Shown piece after piece: positions 31,992-47,965 of a stretch of DNA of 64,000 bases. Position numbers and translations under genes: made by a program. The stretch is taken from NCBI RefSeq assembly GCF_009914755.1, contig NC_060937.1; one strand, 5' to 3'. The notes beneath the pieces were generated by a model that was not told the origin of the DNA, did no database searches, and worked only from the letters and a program-made list of their open reading frames with translations. The stretch's first letter is position 1. The number at the start of each line of letters is the position of its first letter. This DNA is from the human T2T-CHM13v2.0 reference genome, Homo sapiens.

Positions 31992-32278
31992 AGCCGGATG
32001 CAGTGGCTCACGCCTGTAATCCCAGCACTTTGGGAGGCTGAGGTGGGAAGATCACCAGAGGTCAGGAGTTCGAGACCAGCCGGGCCAACATGATGAAACC
32101 TCATCTCTATGCAAAAAATTAGCTGGGCATGTTGGCATGCCTGTAATCCCAGCTACGTGGGAGGCTGAGGCAGGAGATCACTTGAACTGAGGAGGTAGAG
32201 GTTGCAGTGAGCTGAGATGGTGCCACTGCATTCCAGCCTGGAAGACATAGTGAGACTCCATCTCAAAAAAAAAAAAAA
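31992..32278 (+). mobile_element. AluS
   Basis: TSD aaaagt(g/t)ctaggca. Confidence 0.92.
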
Positions 32279-33636
32279 GTTCTAGGCAGGTGCAGAGCGG
32301 GCTTACAGGGGATGCTTGCAGCTGGGGGTGGTGATTGGGTCAGAGGCCTTCTTCAGGGCAGTTTATCAAGTTTTTATACAACGGGGGGTGGGGGCATCCA
32401 TATCATTAAGTCGGTCCCTCTATAATGTTGAGGTGCGTCAGTTTCCTTACGCAAGAATTTCATTTCTCATTGTTTTCATAATAAATATTTTGTCCTTAAA
32501 AACATCTTGATACTTTTTCATGTAAATCTGTGTTTTATGATAAGTAATTTGTAACTGGTTTATTTGGACACCGCCAGAAACTCTAGTTGTTCATTTCACT
32601 GTCTCATCTGTCTGGAGACAGGGAGTTTCATGAATGCATCTCCAGTGCCAGCACGGGGAAGGTGCCCAGGCTTTGAATGGAACTGAATGCAGAATTCCGG
32701 GGGCGCCAGGCAAGCCAGATGGCCTTGTGGGCAGTCACTTCCCGTGGTCGGGTGGGGCGGGGAAGGCCCTGAGGCGCTGCCGGCTGTGTACCGCCTGGCC
32801 CAGCTCCCTACCCGCTGCCTATGTGGGTCACCTCTCAGTGGGTTTCAGGGACACGGCAAAATAGACAACTTCCATTTTGACTTTGAAACCTCGTGTGTCA
32901 ACACTTGAATATGAATCTTTTCGTAAATGTACGTGTACATTTCAATCAGTTTTTGCAGTTAGAATATATTGTTTTGCAGTCAATCTTCTGTATAGCTTTA
33001 TGTGTATTATTATAAACATAAATATAGCTACAAAAATGGCATAATGTATTCACTGTGCACATATTTGTATATGTATGCCAAATATCAATGGTTCATTTCA
33101 TGAGCACTTAAAAAAAATCACATCTTCATGGGCTTGCTCTGTAGTTACTTAGCTACCTACGCAGACCCCAGCATTTGGGTTGCATGTGATTTAGAAGGCA
33201 GCCAGCACCTTTCTTTGCTCTGGGGTCATGATCGCTGAGCCCACCCTCCTCCTTGTACAGTCCTGGAAGAGGACTGCCTGGGAGCATGAAGCCCAGAGTG
33301 AGTGAATCAGACACATGGGCTCTGGATGTGAAATCCACCTAGCAGCCCCGCTGCATCTGGCACCACCATAGGGAGCATATTTTTACCATCTTTTCCGCAG
33401 GGTCAGAGTGGCCATCGTGCTTATCACATAAAAATGTAACCTACAAAAATTCAGGTCATCAGCCCGTAATGCCACCTTGTTTTATCTTGGTGCTATCTTG
33501 GTTTGCTTTAGAAACATAGTTCCTGGGATGTGTCCTGTTCACAAAGCCCAGGGTACAGGTCTGTGTGGTGTGTGTGGTGGCACTCTGGAAGCCCATAAGC
33601 CATATATATATATTTCATATTATATATTATATATAA

Positions 33637-33697
33637 TTCAAATAGAAATTATATCAAAATATATATATTTGAATATATTATATAATTTCTATTTGAA
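33637..33697. repeat. AT-rich perfect 18-bp inverted repeat with 25-nt spacer
   Basis: ttcaaatagaaattatat (33637-33654) / atataatttctatttgaa (33680-33697). Confidence 0.9.
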
Positions 33698-33927
33698 ATA
33701 AAATTCCTTGTACATTTCCTTTAGGTGTAAAAGGAAAATAACTTACAGTAAAATGTAAATCTATTAGTATTGAGCACACTGTGTGTGGAGCATCCTGAGT
33801 CAACACAGGTGTAGGCGGGCGCAGGTGTGGATGTCAGGTGATCGAGTTCACAAACAGCCTTGATGTTGTCATGGAGTTTTCTGAAATTGCAAAACCTCTG
33901 GATAAAGTTCCTAAAACCATGGTCCAC

Positions 33928-34906
33928 TGTGGGCGGCAAGCCACCCAGGTGCCGAGGCAAGAGACCAAGGGCACGAGCTGTTCCAGTATAATAAAATATA
34001 TAAAATAAGAATAGTTATACTAGATATCGATCTTAGATGTGATTATATATGAATATCAATCATTAGTTTGTAGCAATTACTCTTTATTCCAATATTATAA
34101 TAATCCTTGCTCTACAATCATAACCTAGGAAAAACCAGGCCATACAGAGATAGGAACTGAGGGGACATAGTGAGAAGTGATCAGAAGACAAGAGTGCGAG
34201 CCTTCTATTATGCACAGACAGGGCCACCAGAGGGCTCTTTGGTCTAGCGGTAACGCCAGCATCTGGGAAGACGCCCGTTGCCAAGCGGACCATGGTCTAG
34301 CGGTAGCGTCAGTGTCAAGGAAAAACACCCACTACTTAGCAGACCGGGAAAGGGAGTCTCCTTTTCCCTGGGGGGATTTTAGAGAAGACTCTACTCCTCC
34401 ACCTCTTGTGGAGGGTCTGTCAGGCCCACCCGCAGTTATCTGGAGGCCTAACCATCTCCCTGTGATGCTGTGCTTCAGTGGTCACGCTTCATGTTCCATC
34501 CTGTACACCTGGCTTTCCCTTTTAGATAGCAGTAGCAAATTAGTGAAAGTACTAAAAGTCTCTGATAAGCAGAAATAATGGCGTAAGCTGTCTCTCTCTC
34601 TCCTCTCTCTGCCTCGGCTGCCAGGCAGGGAAGGGCCCCCTGTCTGGTAGACATGTGACCCACATGACCTTACCTATCATTGGAGATGGCTCACACTCCT
34701 TACCCTGTCCCTTTGTCTTGTATCCAATAAATATCAGTGCAGCCTGGCATTCGGGGCCACTACCAGTCTCCGTGTCTTGGTGGTAGTGGTCCCCCAGGCC
34801 CAGCTGTCTTTTCTTTTATCTCTTTGTCTTGTGTCTTTATTTCTACACTCTCTCGTCTCCACACACGGGGAGAAAACCCACTGACCCTGTGGGGCTGGAC
34901 CCTACA
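33928..34906 (+). mobile_element. Solo LTR13/LTR13A (HERV-K13/HML-4)
   Basis: TGTGGGCGGCAAGCCACCCAGGTGCCGAGG start, ...ggaccctaCA end, 979 bp, perfect 6-bp TSD gtccac, AATAAA at 34726. Confidence 0.9.
34224..34237 (+). promoter_or_regulatory. CTCF-like motif inside LTR13
   Basis: CCACCAGAGGGCTC matches the CTCF core CCASYAGRKGGCRS at all but one position; LTR13 is known to carry CTCF sites. Confidence 0.6.
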
Positions 34907-35181
34907 GTCCACCTGTCTGATTTACACAATAATTTATTCTAAGAAAATCTAGTCTAGTTTTAAATTAGTAAAAAAACACTGTCTAGTTACGTGTAAAACG
35001 AAGTGAATGAGTTCAGATGCAGGTAACCAAGTTTTGCCTGCAGGAATGTGCAGCGGGTGCAGGCAGGGACATCTCTTGATGTGGTTCTGCTCCCCTATTG
35101 TGGGTGACTTAACATTCTCTCCACCCACCTGGTAGGCGTGGCCATGTCCTACTAAGTCCTTCTCCGCACCATCCCCACATG

Positions 35182-35195
35182 CCAGCAGAGGGTGC
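35182..35195 (+). promoter_or_regulatory. CTCF-like motif upstream of the CpG island
   Basis: CCAGCAGAGGGTGC, one mismatch to the core consensus. Confidence 0.5.
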
Positions 35196-35529
35196 TGTTG
35201 GGCAGGAAAGGTGGGACAGCACCCTCGTGAGCTGCTGTTCCATTTTTCCTTCTGTATTTAGGATTGACATGTGTCCAAAGGATATGGTGTGTGAAGATAA
35301 TGGGGACATTTTGGAATGCCATTTGGAAGAAATGGAAATGCAGAGCCAGGAAGGCGCTCAGAGAGGCCTGAGAGATTTCTAGCAAAAACCTGGTAAACTT
35401 TGAGGTGAAGGCTGTCAGAAACAGCTGCGAGGAGCATCCAGCCTAGGGCTCAGCAGGTGTGACTTAAAGGATCGCAGGTGACAGCCCTCAGTGGACTTCT
35501 GTCCTCACCATGTTTCCCACTGGCTCAGG

Positions 35530-36270
35530 TGGGGCGGCCACGCCTGTGCCCGCGGCGCCTGTGCTGAGTCCCGACGCTGTGCGCCCCACTCCCGAGGCTG
35601 TGGTTGGGGGGTCGCGGTCGAGCTCTAGGGCCCCCGGCCGCAGAGCCCAGGCGCGGGGAGGGCGGCGGCTCCCAGCTCCCGGTTCCCGGCTCCGCGCCGC
35701 AGGCGTGAACGCCCAACGGAGGGCGCCGGCGCCCGGGAGAGGCGCCGCCTTGGTTGCAGGGGCCGGGGCGCGGCGGCCCGGGCTTTGAGAGACGGACCGC
35801 TCTTCCCGGCGCGGTGCCTTCCAGGGAGGCTGCGCCTGCAGCACCGCAGCCAGAGCCGAGACTCCGCGCCTTTCAAGGAGGAGGCCCCGTGCAGGCGCCC
35901 AGGCGCAGAGGAGGCGCGGGGGGCGGGACCTGCCGGCCAGTCCCTTACCCGGGGACAGACGGGGAAGGCGGGAGCGCTCGCAGTTCCCTCCTGGAGGGAC
36001 CACACCGCCGGGAGCCCGAGCAGCCTGCGGTGGCTCGGCTCGGGCCGGCGGAGATCTGGGAGCATTTTCTGGAAGCCTCCACAGACTTCAGGCGGACCGG
36101 AAGGACCTGGCGGGAGGCGTAGTAGGCGGGGTGAGGGGATCTCGGTGGCAGCGGGGACAGCGCGGCCCCGAGAACTGAGAACTGAGAGGGAGACGCTCTC
36201 GGGCCTCTCAGACCAGCATTGAGGAGCTGAGCCCTGCGGGCCAGGGGCGCAGAGAGGGTCCCGGGCCGTG
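35530..36270. promoter_or_regulatory. Intragenic CpG island (candidate alternative promoter/enhancer)
   Basis: ~740 bp with dense unmutated CpG, GC box gggggcggga near 35920; not recognisably repeat-derived. Confidence 0.75.
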
Positions 36271-36565
36271 AGGGGAGGGTCCCGGGTGAGGGGAGGGTCC
36301 CGGGCCTTGAGGGGAGGGGAGGATCCTAGGCCGTGAGGGGAGGGTCCCTGGCTGTGGGGGGAGCGTCTTGGCTGAGGGAAGGGTTCCGGACCATGAGGGA
36401 AGGGTCCCGGGCCGTGAGGGGAGGGGAAGATCCTAGGCCGTGAAGGGAGGGTCCTGGACTATGAAGGGAGGCTCCTGGGCTGTGAGGGGAGAGTCCCGGG
36501 CCGTGAGAGGAGGGTCCTGGGCTGTGAGGGGAGGGTCCCGGGCCATGAAGGGAGGGTCCCGGGTG
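36257..36565 (+). repeat. G-rich ~21-bp minisatellite
   Basis: Unit ggtcccgggccgtgaggggag, about 14 variant copies. Confidence 0.9.
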
Positions 36566-36864
36566 AAGAGCAAGCTCATGACCCTCATTTACTGGGAATC
36601 CATTGCTCTGGCCCCGTCATGAGTGGGGTTCGCAGACTGGGCCAATCCCTACAGCGTATGTGTGCTCTGGTGTCTCGGGGCAGCACAGACGTTGTTACTG
36701 CTCCATCTGGCCTGGGTGAACACCTGGGTCTCTCTGTGGAGTTGGGGGATGCCGCCTGCTCAAGGGTCGCGTTCCTAGTATGCGTTCCAGGAATGCTATG
36801 CACCACCAGTGCTAAGCCGCAGAAGAGCTGTCAATCTGTCAGTCCTGTCCCGCTAAACCTGAAC

Positions 36865-37245
<381 letters not shown>

Positions 37246-37479
37246 TTAGTCCTGGCTCTTAAGAAAATCGATGCAATGCCAATTAGGCACCACTATTTTT
37301 TTTTTTTTTTTTTTGTATAAAACATTTGAGGAAGATGGTGCAGGGTGGGCCCTGAAGGGAGTGGGGTCCTGCCTGGAGCTGCTGTTTAGGCTCAGTCTTG
37401 GTGCTCTATATACATATCTACCATTGCAGTGTCATACAGAATGTTCCATTGCCTTTTTGATTTTAAAAAGTGTTTATCA

Positions 37480-37765
37480 CATAGGGGAGTTTTAGGGCAG
37501 TGCAACTATTCTGCATGATCCATGACATTATGCGCTTCTCAAGACCTAAAACTGCATAACAGGAAGCATGAACCCTCAAGTAAACGATATGCTTTAGTTA
37601 GTAATGATGTATCAAATTGTAATGTATGGGCCACCAATGCAAGAAGTTATAATAACTGTGGAAGGAAGTGGGGCAGAGGGGGAGTATACGAGGACTCCCT
37701 GTACTTTCTGCCCAATTTTTCTGTAAAACCCAAAACTGCTCTAAAATATAAAGTCTATTAATGTT
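37480..37765 (+). mobile_element. L1MC/MD 3' end fragment
   Basis: ttttagggcagtgcaactattctgcatgat...caatttttctgtaaaacccaaaactgctctaaaatataaagtcta. Confidence 0.7.
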
Positions 37766-39300
37766 TTTTAAAGTGCTTATTATATAAAGAAATGATTTTG
37801 ATTCACTATCTTTGGGATCTTTTTTTATGAGATTTGTTTAAAGTAGTCACTGCTTTGCAGTGATGGCACCATTCTTCTGGGATGCCTTTTTGACCTTGAG
37901 CAGCAGTTCCTGCCCTGCTGAGCAGGAAGACACAGTGAGTGGGAGACAAGCCTGGATGCTCACATGGCCTCATGCCCTGGTCTGCGAAATGGGATGGCAT
38001 CTTGCATCATGGCGGTTCTGTCTAGTGGGAGAATGATAAAGTGTGCCTGGCACAGTCTGTACCTTCAGTAAGTGTGGTTGTCAAAAGCAATAATTGGGTT
38101 GGCACTGACATTCATCATAGATGTACAAAAGTAACATGTAGATGGTGAATTGATGAGGAGGGGCCCATGGAGAGATGGGTTTGTGCCGTGTACTTTATTC
38201 TTCTAATTTTCTTATTCTCTTTGGGACTGTCCCTGTGGCTTCCATGTGGCTTCAGACAGGTGAGGAGCTGCTGCGTGTTCAGACCGGAAACCTGAGCTCA
38301 TCAGCACGCGAGCCCGGGCTCTTCTGGGGTATCATGTTTTGAGAATATTTGTCTTTGAAATTTTAAACTCTCTTCCATTTGTATTTGTTGAAATTCTAGA
38401 GCTTTTGATAACTCATGCTAAAATTTTTAAATCACTTTTCACTTTATCATCTTTTTATTTGAAATGTCAAAATTTATGTAGGAAGCATCATTTTGCCACC
38501 CTGCCAAAGTATTCTGACTAAAACTATCCAAGATCCTCCAAGAAATACATATGACTAAAGATAATGTTTCTCCCTTTCTGATAAAAAAAAAAAAACTATA
38601 GTAACTTTAATCCCTAAATAAATAAAACACATGTGGTTGTGACCCACATGAGATAATCAGTAGCTAGATACCTTGTGGTAAACGTATTGCTTTGTTTAAT
38701 TTTTAAAACCTATATTGAAGTACATGCCTTACTATAGGAAATTAAACATTGTACAAATGGGCTGGAAGTGGGAACTACAAAGACAAGTCAGGGTTGTATT
38801 CCAGAGGGCTCAGAGGGACTTAGAGTTCTGTGTCTGCTGATCCAGCCCCCTTGAGATTTTGCTGTGATGAAAATGGGTGTCACAGATGAGGTTTCCTCAA
38901 GGTCACTGTTTTCCTCTTAGGTGGTGAAACTGACACCTAACACTCCTTGTTGTCTTAGGACTTCCTTTTGAATGAATTCAGGTACAGAACCTGAATAAAG
39001 GGTGTATTTAGGACTCGTAGTCAGAAGAGGCACTGTGAGGATGTGTATCCCGTGGCTTTACTTTAGAAACTAACCCACAAAAGACTTCATCCCAGGAAGG
39101 TGGAACAGACATACTTTTTCTTGCTCTTCCCAAGAGTAAAACAAAGAACCCTGGACTCAATGTAGGAAGCACACACAGGACAACTCTGAGGGGGGGAGGA
39201 GGAGGCAGAATAGTCACGGGCCTGAGGACCCAGGGAGCAGTGGCAGGGTGAGTTCCCAGGGTTTCTTTTGGTCTCGTGCGTCCTAAACGCAGGGCTTGTC

Positions 39301-40843
39301 TACTGTGGTGTGTTTGTGCTCCTATAACAAAACATCACAGACTGGGTAATTTATTAAAACCAGAAATTTATTTCCTCATGGTTCCCAAGGCTGGGAAGTC
39401 CAAGATCAAGGAGCCAGCATCACAGGGTGAAAGGCAGGAGGGCCAGTGAAGCCTCTGTTAGGGAGGAGCCCTTGTCCTAACCACCTACCAAAGACCCCGC
39501 CTGTTCACAGCATTGGCTATTAGGTTTCAACGTGTGATTTTTGAGGGGACACATACAAACCATAGCATTCCACCCCCAGCTCCCCAAAATGCATGTTCTT
39601 TTCACATGCAAAATACATTTATTCCATCTCAATACCCCAAAAGTCTTAGCTCATTCCAACACCAACTCAAAAATCTAAATTCCAGAGTCTCCTCTAAATA
39701 AGGTGTGACTGAGACTCAAGGAACGATTCATCTGATGCAAGTTCCTCTCCAACCGTGGGCCTGTGAAATCGCACAAGTTCTGTGCTTCCACAGTACAATG
39801 GTGGGACAGGCATAGGACAGACATTTCCCTTCCAAAAGGAAAAATAGGCAAGAGGGAGTAACGGGCCCCAAGTAAGTCCAAAACTCAACAAGGCAAACAA
39901 CATTAAATCTTAAGGCTGCAGAATCATCTTCGACTCCATGCCCCACCTTCTGGACACCCTGGGGTGGGGTTGGGCACCCCAGGTCTCAGGCAGCCCTGCC
40001 CCCAGGGGTTGCTGGGCTCAGTTCACCTCAGCAGTTCTCCCAGGCTGGGGCTACACACTGGTGGCTCAGTAGGTCTGGAGTCTCAGGGGTGGCCCTACCT
40101 CCGCAGCTACACTAGGCATTGCCCTGGTGGAGACTCTCTGTGGTGGCTCTGTCCCTACAACAAGTCTCTGCCTGGGCACCCAGGCTATCCACAGCATACT
40201 TTGAAGTCTGGGTGGAGGAGAAAGCCATGCCCCCACAGCTCTTGCACTCTGTGTGCCTGCAGAATTAGCACCACGTGGACTCTGCCAAGGATGACTGCTT
40301 GCATCCTCTGGACACCTGAGCCATAGCTGTGTGACCAAGGAGTGCTGTGCCAGAATGTGGAGAATAGAGACCTCAGATGGCTGTGGGCAGTGAGGTTGCA
40401 TGGGTGTCCTGGGCTTCTCTCCCTAAACTATTCTGTGCTGTGATGGGCATGGCAACCCTGAAGATCTCCGAAATGCCCTTGGGGCCGTTAGTCCATAATC
40501 TTTATGAATAACACCAGGCTTCCTTCAATCCATACTAATCTTATGAAAGTAGGCCACACTGTTGGTTTTCTTCCCTAAATACTCTTTGTTGTTCTTTACA
40601 TGGCCAAGCTGAGAATTTTTAAATCTTTATATTCTGCTTCCCTTTTAATTATAAATTTTGTCCTTAAATAATTTTCTGTTCTCAAATTTTACCATAAGCA
40701 GTTAAGGAAAACTATTCTGAATACTTTGCTGCTTAGAGATTTCTTCTGCCAAATTATCTTAGTTCATCACTCTTAAGCTCTGCCTTCCACAAAGTCCTAG
40801 GACATGGACACAATTCAGTCAAGTTTTTTGCCACTTTGTAACA
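39301..40843 (-). mobile_element. MaLR (MST/MLT1A-type) LTR (39301-39567) plus internal sequence
   Basis: ctataacaaaacatcacagactgggtaattt...ggacacatacaaaccatagca, then cacatgcaaaatacatttattccatc...ttcccttccaaaaggaaaaatagg. Confidence 0.8.
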
Positions 40844-44185
<3,342 letters not shown>

Positions 44186-47100
44186 AGTTCACACCTATTC
44201 ACTCTCTGTCAACAAACCCACATACACGCACCGCATTACAAGGGCTTTACCAATATGTAGAATCACGTGAAGTGGGAAGAGGGAAAAGGGCTTTCCTTTT
44301 AGGGAATTATGACCTTGACTGACTTAAAATCAATATTTGCTTCAGATTTGCAGGTCCAGATCTAAAAGTTTAAATAGATGTCAAAGTAGGTTAATTCAAT
44401 TTCAGTGACCTTGGTGTTGAGCCTTTGAAACACTGCCTCCCAGTTAAGGCTTGAATAAGTTAACAGTTCTAAGGTTGAATCGGGTGTGTTTAAATATTCA
44501 GAGCCGGGCAGAGGGAGGTGGAAGGCAGCAGGCTACACTGTGCTTCGGGCTCCCTCCTGCTCTCTGTGAGCCTGGACTGAAGCCTCCTCTGGTTCAGGCT
44601 CAGAGACCTTGCAGCCCCACCCCTCCCTCCAGCCAGGTGGGTGTGGGTGGCCCAGGGATGCTTCAAGTGGCAGGTTTGTTTTCTGGGGATCCCAATGTGA
44701 TCGTGAACTTGCTGCATCACAGTTTCCTGCCAACCACCTCCTTCTAAAGGAGAGGTGAGGAGGAATCTCCGTTTTCTTCAAATGTTTGGGTCTCCCACAG
44801 ACCAGTCACCGGATCCTCTTGGCAAAATGAGGACCCCAAGGGTTTAGAATCTGAATAACTTTGCCTTCCTTCTCCTTATCTTTTCAATAGTTTGTGGATT
44901 GTTTGGGGCATATCTGGTGGGGAGAATCTGAAAGTTGAAAATAAGCAATAAAATGAAGGGTAAATGCATTACTATTAGTAAATTTCTAAACAGGGCAATG
45001 AACACCAGCTAACTAGAAACTGGCATGTCCCCAGCATTTGCTGTTTGGGACTGGAGTCATGTGGAGCAGGAACATAGCATCAGTTGCATCAGCACTCAGG
45101 TTTCACTGTGCTGGAGCTCCCAAAACCTAGCGTTTTATGGTCCCAGGGTGTCCATTGTTCCAGCTTCCTCTCCATCAAAATGTCAGAGCCACTGGCCAGA
45201 GAGAACACGGGGCGCCCCGTGTGATCAGCCACAAAGCAGGCGACACTAAATGCCCATTTTTGGAATGGACTGTTTACACGGGGGGCAGTTGGTTCTCAGA
45301 AGGTCTAAATGGGATGGGCCCGAGGGCTGCTGCTTCTGGGTGATCCTCTGTCCTGTGGCCTGGACTTGGGCCCCACTCCTCCTGGAGAGAGTGAAATGGA
45401 ATGGCCTCTGTTTACTTCAAGAGTTAAATAAATACAGGCCTTCCTTGCTTGGAGCCGTGTTTTGGAATCAGTATTTACTTGGTGTGCTCTTGGTGAACTG
45501 GAAGGTACGTTTCCAGGTCTGCTTTTCTGTAGGAATGTGGGGAAGCTCTGGCCATCTGACAACTGTGTCAGCCTTGGCGTCCTCCTCCTCCAGCCCCCAT
45601 GGACAAAGGGTGGGTGGGGTTGCCTGGCCCCCTTCTCACTGAAGGAGCTCCCAGGGAACATGGCCCAGACAACAGCACAGCTGCGGGGAGGGGCTCCTCG
45701 GTGAGAGGTGGTCACTGGTGCTGAATTGATATGGTGTCCGCTCCCCTCTCAAAAACAAGCTAACCGGTATGCACGGAGCCACAGATCTGCCAAGGGTGTT
45801 GGGAGCTCGAAGACCACAGTGCCTGCTCTGTTCCACGTAATTTACCTCTGCAGAGACAGGAACAAGGGTCAGGCAGAAAGCAGGGGTGGGAAAGATCCTG
45901 CCTGCAGACTTCACCTGTGGCCGGTGGTTCTAGAGGCCTGGGCAGGAGACCAGCTCAGTCTATGTTTTGTCTGCCCCCAGCTGACCTGGGTTCCCAGCCA
46001 CCTGAGGCCAGGCCTGCCTTGGTCCTGCGTCAGAGCCCTCCCTGCCCAGGGGAAGTGCAGACCTGGGGCTGAGCCTGACCCCAGCCAGACCCCAGCCTGA
46101 CAGGAGCGTTCAGCCACCTGGTAGGGGCTGGGTCAGACGGCAAAGGCAGGGAAGACGAGGAGGCTGCCAGGGCCCTGCTGTGGGCACTCGCTGCCTCACC
46201 TCTCCTCCCCCTGCATGTTTCCAGGTCGCATATGAGTGTCTAGGTTGGGAAAAGGGTCTCTGTGTGGCCAACGGAACTGTCTGCTCTGAGAACGCTGTGG
46301 CATGCTGGGCTTGGCTTGTGCACCACTGCCCTCAGAATGTCATTTTATTGTTGATCTTGTGCCTGATGTTGCGAAGTGAGGTGAGGCCATTGTGGAATGT
46401 GCACTCATCCTGGGACTTGCTATGCACTTGTCTTGTCACCCGAGGAGAGGGGAGGTGGCCTGGAGCCTGGGGCCTGCTCTGTCTCCCTGGAACTCCTGTT
46501 TCCAGGCCTCACACAAAGCCACATTGGAAGAGAAAGTGTGCCCAGCTCTGCCCACCAAGCACTGTCCTGGGCTTTCTCAGCTGAGCCTTCTCACCTGTCC
46601 ACACCCCTCCTCCCTGCTCCAGGACACCTCCTGGGGCTGGAAAGTGGCCGAGGCAACCACCCTTTCCTGAAACCTCGAGGAGGCAGCACCCCCGGCTTCT
46701 GCCAGCTGCATCCTGACGTGCTGTTGATGCCCTGCTTCCCATTGCGATGTGGAGGACCTGCGGTCATTTTCACTCCCTCCTCATTTAACTTCACTATCCC
46801 TTGGCCTTAGTGGAGTTCATAGGGTGAAACCAGAGGAGGGTTTGCATGGAATGACTGCTTTGCTTGGAGCGAGCCTCCCTCTGTGGCATGGCCCTCAGTG
46901 GGCTCTTCCCACTGGGCTCTGACTGGCTCCCGAGGGGGCATGGGTGGGCTCAGGGTGTTTTCAGCCCCAGTGGCTCTAACCTGCCCCATGGTGCAGAACA
47001 GCTGCTCCAGGACCTCTGGGGTGCTTTTTGCACTCTTTATGGAGCTTGGCACGTTGCTGTGTAAATAGCAGGTGCTCCTAGTCGCTGCTTTGCTGTGAAA

Positions 47101-47779
47101 AGAGAAAAGCAATCCTGAATATTTAGAGCTCTGTGTGCTACACCTTCCTGCTGTCACCTGTGGGGCAAGTCCAGCACCTGGGGGGCCTGTGGGAGCCATG
47201 GGAACTCATGCTGTTTAGGGCGAGTTGGTCACGATGGCTGTGGCTGCAGGGTCCCAGCTATAGTGGAATCCAGCGGCCACAGTTTAATGTAGATGCTGTG
47301 CCGTTGGTGACATGGATACTTGCATGCATCAGACCTCCAGAGCTCTGCTGAGTGACGGGCAACATGGCCGGGACCCTGGTCCCAGGCGTAGCCTCTCTGG
47401 GGACTCAGGGACCCGAGGGAAAGCTGCCTGAGGCAGCAGGAGAGGAGTGAGGGGCTTCATGAGGTGGGGACCCCGTCCCATTGCTCAGTGCTGGGTCCCC
47501 AGCATGAAGTGTCTGACACAGAGGAGGCCTCACACGTCCTAAACCTGCATCAGAGCAGGATGAGTGGAGCCCAGCCCTCCGTCCTGGGTCCCTTAGGCAG
47601 TAGCCAGAGGCTCCCAGCAGCCCCTCAGGAAGCTACCAGCAAACGGAGACATGGGAGCCGCACCCGATGGGTCTGATTGGGTGTGGCTATTTCCATGGCC
47701 CATTTTTGTGTTCAGGTTCTGATTGTCTGAACGTTGTGACATTGGCTGATATTTATTTATTGCTCACCACATGCCCGGT

Positions 47780-47965
47780 TACTGTTCAAATCAATTATAT
47801 GCATTTAATCCTCGAAATAACCCACAAGGTGGGGACTTTGTGACCCCATTTTACAGATGGGGCTACTGAGGCAGAGAGATTGAGTAACTCCCTCAAGGTC
47901 ACCCCCTGATAACTAGGATTGGAACCCAGGCAGGTGACTCTGGGACCCAAACTCTGAACCCCTTT
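47780..47965 (-). mobile_element. MIR
   Basis: ccccattttacagatggggctactgaggcagagagattgagtaact...aaggtcac. Confidence 0.8.

Noticed and set aside
35488-36222. Multiple long Arg/Gly/Pro-rich ORFs
   Set aside because: Expected stop depletion in a CpG island; no recognisable domain.
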